A stretch of 64,000 nt of DNA. It comes from a virus. Taxonomy: Duplodnaviria > Caudoviricetes. The position numbers and the translations under genes were made by a program. Every line of letters begins with the position of its first letter. The first letter of the stretch is position 1. The stretch spans positions 48,524-112,523 of IMG/VR virus record IMGVR_UViG_2974597873_000001; one strand, written 5' to 3'. Below are positions 1 to 10,470 of this stretch, piece by piece. The notes under the pieces are model-generated. The model was not told the origin of the DNA, searched no databases, and saw only the letters and a program-made list of their open reading frames with translations.

Positions 1-716
1 TCTGCGGTCGGCATGAATTCAGCAACCCCAGGATCATCCCTGCGCTTATTCACACAAGCTGTCATAAGCCTTGCGTGCAATTCAGGAACGTTCTTGTATT
101 TGGTAACCAAATTCGTATAAGCATTTCGTTCTATGTAACGCGCGTCAAAGGAATGCCAAGGCCCGAATACATCCGAGTCAATCCATTCCATGATGGAGAA
201 TACTTCCTCCGCCTTCCCATTTTCAATAGGCTCTGCCGTCAAGCCGATCCGGTACAGTGTACGCACATCGTTCTTGATCGTCTTCGTCTGCTGTGGTCGG
301 AAGTTCTTGATGCATGTCACCTCGTCCACCAAGGCTAGCTCAGGCTTGAGTGCCTTGACAAACCACGTATCCGAAACGACTTGTCGGATACCCATGATGA
401 CGTAGGCTGGTCTGTTCTCCAGCGCTGCCTCATAGGCTACCTTACGCTTGGCTGGTGTCAAGGACCCGTCGATCACCACCACATGTTCCTGGTCTGTGAA
501 GTCCTTGATTCGATTTGCCCACTGGACTGTAAGCGAACTGCTCATGATGAGCAAGGCGCACGATACGTTGCCAATGTCCCTCAGATGCTCAATGGCATGG
601 AGGGATACTACAGTCTTTCCGGTCCCCAGATCCAAAGCCAAAAGCGCCCGCCCCCGATTAGTAATCAGGTCGGACGCTTCGAGCTGGTAGGGCCGAAGCT
701 CTCCCAAAAATGTCAT
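1..716 (-). CDS. SNF2/SF2-family helicase (N-terminal part; runs off left edge of window)
   Basis: Read manually (absent from ORF track): MTFLGELRPYQ (Q motif)...ALDLGTGKT (Walker A)...LVDEVT (Walker B)...GLTAEPIEN (motif III). Its ATG overlaps the primase TGA (ATGA). Confidence 0.85.
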   Translation of the reverse strand, partial: MTFLGELRPYQLEASDLITNRGRALLALDLGTGKTVVSLHAIEHLRDIGNVSCALLIMSSSLTVQWANRIKDFTDQEHVVVIDGSLTPAKRKVAYEAALENRPAYVIMGIRQVVSDTWFVKALKPELALVDEVTCIKNFRPQQTKTIKNDVRTLYRIGLTAEPIENGKAEEVFSIMEWIDSDVFGPWHSFDARYIERNAYTNLVTKYKNVPELHARLMTACVNKRRDDPGVAEFMPTA

Positions 717-1696
717 AGTCGTGTCAGTACCATCGGAGTTGCCGTTAGGATTGACTGACGGATTTGTACGTCAGTAACGTTCGGCTCACCAATGTCCTTC
801 CCTTCGATTCCGTCGTAGTTAATAAACTTGATGGTCTTACCAGAGCGGAGATACTTCTCCTTGATTTCTCGTGCGGCCAAACGTCCGGGCTCATCGTTAT
901 CCATCGCAATGATGATAACTTCTGCCACATCAAATAGCAAATCCATTTGAGCTTCGGAAACCTTGGCGCCGAATGAGGAGACACCTCCGTAAATCCCTGC
1001 GCTGTAAAGCCTTAGACAATCGAGAGGAGACTCCAGGAGAATTGCTGTACGACCTATGAAACAGTCAATACCGAAGAGGGTTTCGCTTTTGTGCACCCGC
1101 GCAGGGCGGTTAGCGAAGTGACCCTCTTCACTCTTCTCCTGGTATCCCCACAGTTCGAAAGTCTCAGGGTCCCGGATAGGGAGAATCCACTGCTCATTCT
1201 CCTCATCCCACAGGACACCGTAGTGACTTAGACTTCCCGCAGAAATTCGTCGTCGTTCTCGGGCATGATGGGGTGCGTCCCCGTAAAGAGCCAACCGGGA
1301 TTCGTTCCACTCACGACGTGGGACTGGCTGTTCACCGTGAGAGGCAGACTGAAGATATCGACGTACCCGCTCGACTCCACCACGATCACGGACCCACTCT
1401 TCTGCATCAGACCGTTCATAACCAAGTACCTCCTGGACTAGAGAAACGAATGAACCACTGAAACCACACGAGAAACAGCTATGCTGACCCGTGTCCACGT
1501 TGATAGACCATTTGTTGGGCTTGTTATTCTCCCTGCCCAACCTTTCGTAGTGGCCTGGACACAAAGCCCAAGCCTCTCCGAATCCCAATCGTACTACTCG
1601 AATTCCCAACTCGTCAAGAGACCCGAGTACATCACCCGGAATGGGAATACCAGTAGATCCCCAACCGCTCTTAGAAGTTCGTCCCGTACTCCTCAT
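713..1696 (-). CDS. DNA primase (Zn finger + TOPRIM)
   Basis: CPGH...CFSC zinc finger; ESPLD and MDNDEPG TOPRIM motifs; adjacent to DnaB. Confidence 0.9.
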   Translation of the reverse strand: MRSTGRTSKSGWGSTGIPIPGDVLGSLDELGIRVVRLGFGEAWALCPGHYERLGRENNKPNKWSINVDTGQHSCFSCGFSGSFVSLVQEVLGYERSDAEEWVRDRGGVERVRRYLQSASHGEQPVPRREWNESRLALYGDAPHHARERRRISAGSLSHYGVLWDEENEQWILPIRDPETFELWGYQEKSEEGHFANRPARVHKSETLFGIDCFIGRTAILLESPLDCLRLYSAGIYGGVSSFGAKVSEAQMDLLFDVAEVIIIAMDNDEPGRLAAREIKEKYLRSGKTIKFINYDGIEGKDIGEPNVTDVQIRQSILTATPMVLTRL

Positions 1697-2936
1697 TCAT
1701 TAGCTCCCTATCAAGGTCGTTGTCAAGATCCACGCCCTCGATCTCCTCAAAAGTACCGGTATCGAAATCCATCATAACCAGTGTCTCCGTAGGAGTTCCA
1801 CGGCGAGTCATGATGATCTTAAGCTTACGGATGTTCTTGTCTTCCGTTCGCTCGACACCGATAACCACGTTGGAGTACTGCGCGAACGCGCGGGAACCCA
1901 TGATGGAGTCGTTGTTAAGCGTCTCGCCCTTGGTACGAGCAGGAGTGGACTGCGTGACGTCGATGATGCAAATCTTACGGTTCATTGCCATGAACTTCAA
2001 GCCCGCAACGATGTTGGCAAGAGCCTGAGGAGATCCCTTATCGAATCCCTCTTCGTCCTCCATCATGTACACACCATCTACGATGACGATGTCCGGCTTG
2101 AGCATATCGATCTTAGCACCGATAGCCGTAACGGTCATGCAGTCCTCAGAGAAGGTGAGAGCCGGAAGGTTCTCCGTGATATGCACAGCCTTCTCAAGTC
2201 GTGCCCACTCCTCCGAGTTGATGTTACCGCTAAGAAGTTTCATGTCGTTGATGCCCGCACGATAAGCGTCAAGACGCTGCTCGCACTCTTCCGACGTCAT
2301 CTCAAAGGTGAGATAGAGTACTTTCTTGCCGTACTCCTGTGCGTGCTTGGCGAACAGCATAGCAAACACAGACTTGGAAGCCTTGGTAAGACCGGTAAGC
2401 GTGATGAGCTGACCAGGCTGGAAGCCCTGAGTGGCACAGTCGATAGTGTGGAACCCCGAAGGGATGCCCACCATCATACCGGGGTTGTTCTTCCTGTCAA
2501 GGTATCGAGCCAGACGCTCATCACCGTTCTGCGTAATATCCACATCACGGCTCTGCGGTACGTCGTTGTGGATCTTACCCACCAGGGAACCCGTAAGGTT
2601 CACCGCTGCGTTGATGTCACCATTGTCGAGTGCCTGAACGATGTTGTCAAGACTACCGTTGAACAGAGAATTCAGGTGCTTATCACGCATACGCTGAATA
2701 AGATCTGACCACGGCTCTTCAACCTCAATGAGCTTGACGTCGGGACAGTCATTGATCATCACACGCGTGGAGGGGACCTCTCCGTGATCCCTGTAATAAC
2801 TCTGGATGAACGAGTAAGCCTCGCGCATCGCAGAGTTGGTAAAGAACTTCGCCTGAATGTCACCGGCTTCGGTAAGCGAGCCCTCCTGAATAATCTTGGA
2901 GATCAGGAGCTTTTCAGGGTCAAGAGTGTAAGCCAT
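1671..2936 (-). CDS. DnaB-like replicative helicase
   Basis: GIPSGF..ID..T.GFQPGQL, variant Walker A GLTKASKS, FEMT, IVIVDGV. Confidence 0.9.
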   Translation of the reverse strand: MAYTLDPEKLLISKIIQEGSLTEAGDIQAKFFTNSAMREAYSFIQSYYRDHGEVPSTRVMINDCPDVKLIEVEEPWSDLIQRMRDKHLNSLFNGSLDNIVQALDNGDINAAVNLTGSLVGKIHNDVPQSRDVDITQNGDERLARYLDRKNNPGMMVGIPSGFHTIDCATQGFQPGQLITLTGLTKASKSVFAMLFAKHAQEYGKKVLYLTFEMTSEECEQRLDAYRAGINDMKLLSGNINSEEWARLEKAVHITENLPALTFSEDCMTVTAIGAKIDMLKPDIVIVDGVYMMEDEEGFDKGSPQALANIVAGLKFMAMNRKICIIDVTQSTPARTKGETLNNDSIMGSRAFAQYSNVVIGVERTEDKNIRKLKIIMTRRGTPTETLVMMDFDTGTFEEIEGVDLDNDLDRELMNEEYGTNF

Positions 2937-2951
2937 GCCCCTCCCTTTCGT

Positions 2952-3404
2952 TTAAGTAATGAGGCCCATCAGATTAAGATCCTCACTTGTGGTGTGACGA
3001 CCCTTGCTTCCCCAACGTAGCATACGTTCAGGAGCCGGATCAAGTACCGCCAGGATGGACCTGTCGTACGTCAGCTCGTACAGCAACTCTTGTTCGTCGT
3101 AACTTACCACATCTCCGAACAACAGGTTCCGCTGATCCAGTCGGTCACGAACCGCGTCGGCAAAGTCTGCACCCTGGAAGGTCAAGATGTCAATCCTGAA
3201 ATTGTAACGCCAATAAAGGTCACGCATTCCCTGACTAGTAGGGAGATTCAACGTGTATTGATTTACAGCCTTATCCCATTGCTTTCTTTTACGGTACAAC
3301 GCCTCAAGGGCCTTGCTCTTGGTATCCGGAAGGACACCCACAAGGCCCTCGAAGACTATGTAGACGCGCGGGAGGACTGCACTGGACAGTTCACCCTTCA
3401 TCAT
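2952..3404 (-). CDS. hypothetical protein
   Basis: 150-aa ORF in tightly packed minus-strand operon. Confidence 0.7.
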   Translation of the reverse strand: MMKGELSSAVLPRVYIVFEGLVGVLPDTKSKALEALYRKRKQWDKAVNQYTLNLPTSQGMRDLYWRYNFRIDILTFQGADFADAVRDRLDQRNLLFGDVVSYDEQELLYELTYDRSILAVLDPAPERMLRWGSKGRHTTSEDLNLMGLIT

Positions 3405-3609
3405 GTGGCGACACCCCTGAGGGGGTTCTGGAGAGGTAGTCAGCGAAGCGTGCTACCTCCTTCTCGATGACGTCAGGATCGTACATGCAGATCTCCCGCT
3501 CGTTACCATCCTCGTCAAAGAAATTCTTGGTCTCCTCAAAGACCTCGTCCACAGCCGCGAACAGCTTCTCGTTATTACGGTCAGGGTCCGGGCAAGGTGC
3601 AGTACTCAT
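3391..3609 (-). CDS. hypothetical protein
   Basis: GGAGAG RBS, acidic small ORF. Confidence 0.6.
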   Translation of the reverse strand: MSTAPCPDPDRNNEKLFAAVDEVFEETKNFFDEDGNEREICMYDPDVIEKEVARFADYLSRTPSGVSPHDEG

Positions 3610-3617
3610 ATCTCTCC

Positions 3618-4196
3618 TTAGTCAAGTTCTACGTAGTCACAGGAAATACACGCCATACCAGAGTGCCCCATGCCATCATCAGCCCATGAAAGCTGGTGAA
3701 CATGCGGACCCCAACCAGACTCTATCTTCTTAAGAGCCTTCTTTTGCATAGCCTTGTTCGCATTGCAACATCCGTCACATCCGTGAACCCAGATGGAATT
3801 GTTCCCGAGTTGCCTGGAGATAAAGGAAGCCGAGTCAGGATCAGGATGACCAACACCATGCTTACAGATACGCTCGATAAGCCAGAACTTATCCTCGCGC
3901 ATGAGTTGCTTGGCCTCACTCAGAGGATGGAAAGATGGATTGTGGATAGCACAACCGTCAATCTCACAATCAAGTCCTCGCTTGTGCACACGGTAGGTAC
4001 GACCAGTACAATCGGTCCACTCGTCGTGAGTCTTGGACTCTTCCTCAATGCGCTTGATTTCCTCAAGCTTATAGTCCTGATACTGCTGCATCAAGTCAAT
4101 AGTGGCTTCCTCGAATTCCCGATAAAATTCGGGGTCCTGAAGGTCCACCAGCAGATCATCCCAGAAAGCGGAGTGCTGATCATAAATACCCGTCAT
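3618..4196 (-). CDS. hypothetical Cys/His-rich protein
   Basis: C-x4-C-x2-H, ERICKHGVGHPDPD, HGCDGCC motifs. Confidence 0.65.
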   Translation of the reverse strand: MTGIYDQHSAFWDDLLVDLQDPEFYREFEEATIDLMQQYQDYKLEEIKRIEEESKTHDEWTDCTGRTYRVHKRGLDCEIDGCAIHNPSFHPLSEAKQLMREDKFWLIERICKHGVGHPDPDSASFISRQLGNNSIWVHGCDGCCNANKAMQKKALKKIESGWGPHVHQLSWADDGMGHSGMACISCDYVELD

Positions 4197-4351
4197 TGGG
4201 CTTCACTTCCTTTACAGTTCTATTCGTGAATTTGTCCACCCATTTGGGTTCAATGCCTTTGACAACTACGGGACAGATCCCAATTCGGTGACCCATCCCG
4301 TAGTTGTTGTAACAGTAAAGGCATCGCAGTTCTACGGGCCTCTGTGACATG

Positions 4352-4528
4352 TCACTCGCCCATGTCAAACAGATTGAGACCCACCGTGTAAGGCTTGTTG
4401 GTACCAGCCTCAACCCACCTACGGTCCTTGGGTGCCTTCAGACGCATAGAACAGTCCATCTTGTGACCCTGTCCCACCAGCCTGCGGCACTCCCGACAAG
4501 CAATCTTAACTACCTTGTCCTTGGCCAT
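4352..4528 (-). CDS. small Zn-finger-like protein (MAKDKVVKIACRECRR...)
   Basis: Read manually; AGGAGA RBS; 58 aa, below ORF-track cut-off. Confidence 0.55.
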   Translation of the reverse strand: MAKDKVVKIACRECRRLVGQGHKMDCSMRLKAPKDRRWVEAGTNKPYTVGLNLFDMGE

Positions 4529-4685
4529 ATCTCCTACCTCAGTCGGTACGATTCTCCCATGGTCTTCTTCAGATCCTCAAGTTCCCTCACGGCAACCTTA
4601 GGATCTGAAGATGCCCAGCGGTGGTTCACCCACTTGTGATTCTTGGCGTCCCACCGCTGGATCATCTTTCGTGCCACTCTACCCC

Positions 4686-5588
4686 CTAGAAGTCGCCGGG
4701 TGCAACCTGAAGAACGTTGACACCCAGCTTACGGATACGACGGACCACACGGTCCCGGTCGTCCAGCCACACGTGAACACGGTACTGGTTACGGACGTGC
4801 ATGTCAAACAGATCCTGCTTGACATCAGCGTCGTTACGTCCGTCGTTCCCGGCACGCATGTACAGATCCGTGTAGAAGATCCCAGCGTTCTCAAGCCACT
4901 GCTCCGTGGCCTCTCGGCACGTGTCCGGACGACCCGACAGAACGATAACCTCGTAGCCATCCTCCCAGTACAGATCAACCAGCTTACGGATGTGCTCGTG
5001 CACCGCGTCCGTGTGAACTCGGCTGTAGTCGTAGGGACTACGCGCAACGTGCTCAGCCAGCGTACCGTCGATGTCCACCACAATGGCTCTAGCAGTACCC
5101 GGACGGGGCTCGTAAGGAGCCGACAGAACGATGTCGTTCATGTACTCGTCCGTCAGGCGCCAGGGCTTCTGAAGCTGCCGTGCCATGTTCTTGATGACGT
5201 CTGCGCCAACCGGGTTGGTGCGCTTGCTGTCACGCGTGATGCACTCCGACACGGAGACATCCGTGAAGTCCATCACCTTGAAACGAACGTCCCCGTCGAA
5301 CAGCTTCTTGTAACGGTTCGGCATGTTCTTGTTCAGGTGGGTGTTGTCGATCACAACGTCGTGACCCGACTTGACTGCACGAACGATCAGCTCGTCCTGG
5401 AAGCGCTTAGCGGTCTCCTCCAGATCCTTGCGGAAACCCAGCAGGGTACCGTGTCCGAAGCCCATCATGGCTCGGATGTCGTCCAGGTTCACGCGAACCA
5501 GATCCCCGTTACTGGCGTCCACAAGGGACTTAGCCCAGGTGCTCTTCCCCGATGCGGGGAGCCCCGTGGTTACGTAGATCGTCTGCAT
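4686..5588 (-). CDS. pseT: polynucleotide 5'-kinase / 3'-phosphatase (T4 Pnk-like)
   Basis: P-loop GLPASGKST, VVIDNT; C-terminal HAD DIDGTL, LSGR, DDR; start trimmed to MQTIY after GGAGG RBS. Confidence 0.92.
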   Translation of the reverse strand: MQTIYVTTGLPASGKSTWAKSLVDASNGDLVRVNLDDIRAMMGFGHGTLLGFRKDLEETAKRFQDELIVRAVKSGHDVVIDNTHLNKNMPNRYKKLFDGDVRFKVMDFTDVSVSECITRDSKRTNPVGADVIKNMARQLQKPWRLTDEYMNDIVLSAPYEPRPGTARAIVVDIDGTLAEHVARSPYDYSRVHTDAVHEHIRKLVDLYWEDGYEVIVLSGRPDTCREATEQWLENAGIFYTDLYMRAGNDGRNDADVKQDLFDMHVRNQYRVHVWLDDRDRVVRRIRKLGVNVLQVAPGDF

Positions 5589-5732
5589 TGTTTCCTCCCT
5601 CAAAGATTGGGACCAGTCGATCCCACTGTTTTTGTTGCTCGAATGTGAGCGTACCGTACTGACGCTGAATCTTCAACAGGTACTTGTACTGCCTGCGCCA
5701 CTGTCTGAGTATGTCGCTTCCCAGATACGGCA

Positions 5733-6416
5733 TCAGTACTTCAACTTTCGCATGTTGCACAGCATGTTGTCAACAGCATCGGTAAGAGGCTCATGACGAA
5801 CATGCGGCTTCCGCGTGTTGAACAGCTCCTCGTACTCTGCCATAACCTTGGCCGCCAAGTCAAGGTTACCCTCACCCACGGCCTGTCCAAAACCTCGCAC
5901 CTGGAACACTTCGTCCTGCGTCAACCGTACATCAAGCTCACCAGTCCTGTACAGACCGAATCCCTGAATAAGGAGACGGTACAGGTGACGTGCGTGCTTC
6001 TCAGTACGGTGCTTCATGTCGGAGCCGAAGTCTCCCCGCCTCTGAAGGAGCTTGAATTGCTGCTCAGCGTATCCCAGGTACGCTGCCTTGACCAGCTTGG
6101 CAGAGGCAAACCAGTGACGGGATTCAATCAGCCACTTACCTGGAGGCGTGACCACATCATACTCAGGCAGCCACAGGAACTCAAGGATGGACGGATTGGA
6201 CTTCAATGCGAGTCGGCAGAACTTCGCCACCTCATGATAGGTGACATCCTCTTCCTCGCCAGTCTTGTGCACCGTGAGATCCCGCTCCTGAACGAGCCGA
6301 AGCCCCAGGAAATACTCCTGAGGCTCCATGTACACGCCCATGTAGTCAATGTCAGACTCAGGCGTGGCCAACCCGTAAGCGGTAGATCCCACGACTCCTC
6401 TAAGAATCGTGTTCAC
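5733..6416 (-). CDS. Pol-beta-superfamily nucleotidyltransferase (YcgL/Nuc-transf-like)
   Basis: GSTAYGLATPESDIDYMGV signature (GS...DxD); start trimmed to GTG (VNTIL). Confidence 0.85.
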   Translation of the reverse strand: MNTILRGVVGSTAYGLATPESDIDYMGVYMEPQEYFLGLRLVQERDLTVHKTGEEEDVTYHEVAKFCRLALKSNPSILEFLWLPEYDVVTPPGKWLIESRHWFASAKLVKAAYLGYAEQQFKLLQRRGDFGSDMKHRTEKHARHLYRLLIQGFGLYRTGELDVRLTQDEVFQVRGFGQAVGEGNLDLAAKVMAEYEELFNTRKPHVRHEPLTDAVDNMLCNMRKLKY

Positions 6417-6420
6417 TTGC

Positions 6421-6624
6421 TTATCCCTTCCGCATCTTTTCGATAGCTTCGATAATGTCGTCTCCGATATACGGAGTAAACAGCGTGGAAAAAGGATTGG
6501 GATCAGGGAATTCATCCCGGATCAACGCAATCACATCGTCCATGGCCTCGTAATATCCGGACGTGTGTCCAGCATTGAAACCCTCGTTGAAGCCCGCCTG
6601 GGCTCCATCGTGGTAGTCTCCCAC
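6421..6624 (-). CDS. hypothetical protein
   Basis: GAGG RBS, packed ORF. Confidence 0.55.
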   Translation of the reverse strand: MGDYHDGAQAGFNEGFNAGHTSGYYEAMDDVIALIRDEFPDPNPFSTLFTPYIGDDIIEAIEKMRKG

Positions 6625-6637
6625 TTTTTGTTTCCTC

Positions 6638-6856
6638 TCAGTACTCTACGCCATGAGCACGAATCAGTGCCCAGAAATCGCTGGAAAGAGACTCGAACTC
6701 GTCAAAGTACTCTACGATCTCCTCCCACTTCTCCGCAACATCCTCAGGGATGTCATAGTCATCCGTCGAAAGACCGTACTCCAGGGCGCCAACAAGGCCC
6801 CCCTCCCAGTCGATCTTACCGACGAAATCCTCAAGGTTGTACTTACCAGTAGTCAT
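6638..6856 (-). CDS. hypothetical acidic protein
   Basis: AAGGA RBS, packed ORF. Confidence 0.6.
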   Translation of the reverse strand: MTTGKYNLEDFVGKIDWEGGLVGALEYGLSTDDYDIPEDVAEKWEEIVEYFDEFESLSSDFWALIRAHGVEY

Positions 6857-6865
6857 GTGTATTCC

Positions 6866-7540
6866 TTAGTCTTCGTAACTCTTACGGCTGTCAGGACCGA
6901 TCATCATGATCGGCTCAAAGGCTTCCTTCCGGAAGCTGTCAAAGCTCTGTCCATACGTGCCAAGCATATCCTCTGGCTCAATGTTAGTCGTAACCACAGT
7001 GGGAAGACCAGCTTCCACACGCTTACGAATAAGCTCGTGAAGAAGACTCTCAGTGAAGCCGGAAGTCGTACGGTGCTCCTGACCAATATCATCAAGCACC
7101 ACAAGCGTAGACTTCTGTGCACGAAGAACAACTTCTCGCGCCGCAAGCTTACGCTCCGAGTCCTCCTTTTCAAAGGTAGTCGTCAGAGCATCCTTGAAGT
7201 CTGAGAAACGCGTCATATAGACGCGGTGGTTCAGCGAGAGCCACTGTACCTCAGTAGCAATGGCCGCTGCAAGCGTGGTCTTACGTGTACCGTTCTTACC
7301 CCACAGCATGAGACCACGACCGATGTTCCTACGGTCTTCAGGGTAGTCACCCTTGGAGCGTCGCTCAGGACTGACGTAGTAGTCACCGAAGTTCTCGATG
7401 AACTTACGTGCTTCCTTCAGTGCGATGCGTCCAGAATGGTGGCTGGGCTCGTACTTGTCAAGCCCCTGCCCACGGAATCGAACGGGAATGTGGCTACGCT
7501 CCCAGCGAGACTCGTAGTCGACACCAGCAATACCAGCCAT
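6866..7540 (-). CDS. DnaC/IstB-like AAA+ helicase loader
   Basis: IP.RF, GLMLWGKNGTRKT, LVVLDDIG.E, PTVVTTN. Confidence 0.88.
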   Translation of the reverse strand: MAGIAGVDYESRWERSHIPVRFRGQGLDKYEPSHHSGRIALKEARKFIENFGDYYVSPERRSKGDYPEDRRNIGRGLMLWGKNGTRKTTLAAAIATEVQWLSLNHRVYMTRFSDFKDALTTTFEKEDSERKLAAREVVLRAQKSTLVVLDDIGQEHRTTSGFTESLLHELIRKRVEAGLPTVVTTNIEPEDMLGTYGQSFDSFRKEAFEPIMMIGPDSRKSYED

Positions 7541-7749
7541 TACTTCTCCTTCTTTCGGTCCAGCACCTCAGCAGCGATGTTAACACCAAAGCGTACCCAG
7601 TGTCGATCACGAGTGGGGGGCAGCTCCGTCTTACGGATACCTTCAGCCCACTCGTGCGACAGCTCTATGAGCATAGCAGCTACTTCGGAATCATCGTAGT
7701 AGCTATTGCCCTTGAGCAATTGACTGATACGTTCCTCAGCCGGTCCCAT
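7540..7749 (-). CDS. hypothetical protein
   Basis: TAATG coupling on both sides. Confidence 0.6.
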   Translation of the reverse strand: MGPAEERISQLLKGNSYYDDSEVAAMLIELSHEWAEGIRKTELPPTRDRHWVRFGVNIAAEVLDRKKEK

Positions 7750-8210
7750 TATTCCTCCTTAAAGGCGTCATAGTACTTACGGGCTTTTGCCTCGTTGTCC
7801 GGGAAGGCTAGCATGAAAGCTTCCAGCGTGCCAATTTCATAAGCGTCTTCCAGAAGCTCTGTACGGCTCTTAGACGGCTCGGAAACCCTCTGGACACTAA
7901 TCCCCTGGGCACGGTACGCAAAGTCCTGCCAGCCCGGGTTCTTGCCGTGCAGGGAGGTGTCTGTCATGTAGGCATGGATCAACTCACGCACCTGTGAGGC
8001 TGTGATGCCCTGAGCCTTCCACTTCTTCATGACATTTGTGAGCGCCATCACATTAACATAGGCAAAACCTGTTGCCCAAGTCTGTTTGAACATCTCTGAT
8101 TCGAAATACTTCGCCATCTTCAGCGAATTCCAATTCTCGTCAACGACCGCAGGGGCCTCCTCAACTTCTGGAGACCCCCACAAATCGTTGAGCACGTCAT
8201 CGTAGCTCAA
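7749..8210 (-). CDS. hypothetical protein
   Basis: packed ORF upstream of the loader gene. Confidence 0.6.
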   Translation of the reverse strand: MSYDDVLNDLWGSPEVEEAPAVVDENWNSLKMAKYFESEMFKQTWATGFAYVNVMALTNVMKKWKAQGITASQVRELIHAYMTDTSLHGKNPGWQDFAYRAQGISVQRVSEPSKSRTELLEDAYEIGTLEAFMLAFPDNEAKARKYYDAFKEE

Positions 8211-8416
8211 CTAACAACCCTCTCGAAGAAATCCTGCATGTTGACCGGGTGGAAGTACTCCTCCAGCCCGTCACCGAACTTGACGTACACAGTACCGTCA
8301 GAGTCGATGTGTGTCACCTCCGCGTCACGCTCAACCGCATCCATCGGAAGATCCTCCCCCTCATCGTCAAAGGAGATGTCGGAGATCCAGTGAAGCTTGT
8401 CGCCAACCTCGTACAT
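8207..8416 (-). CDS. hypothetical SH3-like small protein
   Basis: YEVGD.. V.V.F.DG pattern. Confidence 0.55.
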   Translation of the reverse strand: MYEVGDKLHWISDISFDDEGEDLPMDAVERDAEVTHIDSDGTVYVKFGDGLEEYFHPVNMQDFFERVVS

Positions 8417-8748
8417 TACGGGTACTTCCTTTCGATAATCATCTCGATGTAATGGATTGCCTTGAGAAGATCTTCCTTCCCATTCTTCTTTTCGTATCTG
8501 AGCAGATACTTTAGAGCGTTTCCTTCGTAGAAGTCAAGATGGAAAGCGTCAATCACGTCAACAGGCTGCAAATCCCCACCCTGATAGTGATCCCCGCCCA
8601 CTTGCTTACGCTCTACATTCTCGTCAAGGTCTGACCAAACGTATCCATGAGATTCGTGAGGTCCCGGGTGGTTGTGATGTCGATTACACCCCAAGGATTC
8701 GGTACCGTGTGATGGCCTGTATTCACTTGAGCATGTAATTCCTAGCAT
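8416..8748 (-). CDS. DUF3310 (SaV / T7 gp1.7-like) protein
   Basis: QVGGDHY...QPVDVI...FYEGNALKYLLRY.KKNG.EDLLKA.HY signature. Confidence 0.85.
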   Translation of the reverse strand: MLGITCSSEYRPSHGTESLGCNRHHNHPGPHESHGYVWSDLDENVERKQVGGDHYQGGDLQPVDVIDAFHLDFYEGNALKYLLRYEKKNGKEDLLKAIHYIEMIIERKYP

Positions 8749-8984
8749 TTAGTCTCCTTATCGCAGGTAAAGTACCACGTGACAGCATCATCACTGCGAT
8801 AGTGACCCATCATACTGGTGACATCAGCACTGTCACAGTGTGCACAGTGGTAGTGGGGGTGACGCACAGGAAGCATACAGCCACGCTTCCTGCACGCACA
8901 CTCCTCACACATAAACTGATCAGAGGGCATGATGGCACCACAAGCACACTGTGCCACCATCATGTTCTCATCGTAATAACTCAC
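8742..8984 (-). CDS. Cys-rich hypothetical protein
   Basis: multiple CxxC. Confidence 0.5.
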   Translation of the reverse strand: MSYYDENMMVAQCACGAIMPSDQFMCEECACRKRGCMLPVRHPHYHCAHCDSADVTSMMGHYRSDDAVTWYFTCDKETKC

Positions 8985-10105
8985 GAACCCTCCACAATCT
9001 TGGTCAGCGCGTCGATCGTACGAGCGAACGCGTTGGACATGTCCTTGATGCCCTCGCCAAGCTCGACAAGGTGCTCCTTGGAGACTACCACCTTGTCCTG
9101 GGGAAGTCGAGCCATCGCAGCCTGCTGCACGTCAGACCACACGTCCGGAACCGGGGCAGGAGAAGGAAGAGTCTTGACAGGCTCCAGCTCCGACGGAAGC
9201 TCGGAGTGCTTAGTGAACGGAATGCCCGCAACGACAACAGTGTCACCGACCTTGTGCTCAGGCTCCTCCACATCCGGTTCACCCTGTCGCGCGAGAAGCT
9301 TCTCCGCCTCAAGCTCAGCCATCAGCTCATCAACAGACCTCACACCATCCTCAGGCGCAAGCTTCTCGTTCAGACCCTTGGAGACCCGAGAAACCCGCTT
9401 GGCGGCCGTGGTTACCTTCTCCTCATGAGAGGTCTCTACGGGCGCAGCAGCCTTCTTAGCGACCCGCTTACGCGGAGCAGTAGCCTTCTTCGCTGCTGGA
9501 GCCTCAGCAGCCTTAGCAGCGGCCTCCTGCTCCTTCTCCGCAGCAATACGGATCTTCTCCTTGGTCTCGAACTCCTCCCGCTCACGCTCCTCCTTGAGGA
9601 TTTCGTCAGTCGTCTTGAATCCGGGGAACGAATCCACCAGACCCTCAGAGAGATTCAGAACCGTGACGGAGTTGTAGTTCTTGAGGTCACCCACACGTGC
9701 GATGTCCTCAGGGTTGCTCTCATCGTACAGAACAACAGCCGCAACCTCGTGACCGTTCTTCTGAAGGTCCACAAGGTATGACATGGCATCACCGAGAGCG
9801 TCACCCTTGTCGACCTGGAAAACCTCCTTGGACGAAGCCACAGAACGGTGACCCATCTCCGGCTCGACAAAGGCGTAGATGTCCCAGTCAGGGTTCTGAC
9901 GATCCTGACCGACAGCCCACTGGTTCAGGACAACGTCCATACCCTTGCCACCCGTCCCGTCAAAGGGAACGAGAAGCTTAACCTCACGAGACTCCAGATC
10001 CGCACCGAAGACGTAGTCCTCAAGAAGATCGATGACGTTGGCAAGGGTAGTGTTACCCGAACCGGTGATGAGAAGAGCGAGATCCTTGTTGAAGTCCTGA
10101 CCCAT
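8981..10105 (-). CDS. hypothetical protein with histone-H1-like Lys/Ala/Pro linker
   Basis: GGAGG RBS; APAAKKATAPRKRVAKKAAA segment. Confidence 0.75.
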   Translation of the reverse strand: MGQDFNKDLALLITGSGNTTLANVIDLLEDYVFGADLESREVKLLVPFDGTGGKGMDVVLNQWAVGQDRQNPDWDIYAFVEPEMGHRSVASSKEVFQVDKGDALGDAMSYLVDLQKNGHEVAAVVLYDESNPEDIARVGDLKNYNSVTVLNLSEGLVDSFPGFKTTDEILKEEREREEFETKEKIRIAAEKEQEAAAKAAEAPAAKKATAPRKRVAKKAAAPVETSHEEKVTTAAKRVSRVSKGLNEKLAPEDGVRSVDELMAELEAEKLLARQGEPDVEEPEHKVGDTVVVAGIPFTKHSELPSELEPVKTLPSPAPVPDVWSDVQQAAMARLPQDKVVVSKEHLVELGEGIKDMSNAFARTIDALTKIVEGS

Positions 10106-10146
10106 GGTTTGTTTCCTCCTAGTTTTGTTTGGGTGAGTAAGTTGTA

Positions 10147-10470
10147 TCAGATGCCGCGAACGGCGTCAAGCGAGAGCCACATCAGCATGTCGTCATACTC
10201 CTTGTGGCGGAAATTGCGCAGCACCTGACCCGCATCGTCAAAGACCATGTCTCGATGGGGGTTCGGCTCGTACTCATCATCAGGATCAGACCAGTTGCGC
10301 ATGAAGTCAATAGCGGTCTTCTCCGTCATGGCAACACCGATAGGCCAAGAAGCACTGTCGTCCCCGTTCCACTCGTTGCGAGAGATCACGTAGAAGTTGC
10401 TGTCCAAGGAGAAAGCGTGCTTCACCTCGTTAAGCTGCTGCGACAGAATTTCACCAAAGCTGCGGTCCAT
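10147..10470 (-). CDS. hypothetical protein
   Basis: AAGGAG RBS. Confidence 0.6.
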   Translation of the reverse strand: MDRSFGEILSQQLNEVKHAFSLDSNFYVISRNEWNGDDSASWPIGVAMTEKTAIDFMRNWSDPDDEYEPNPHRDMVFDDAGQVLRNFRHKEYDDMLMWLSLDAVRGI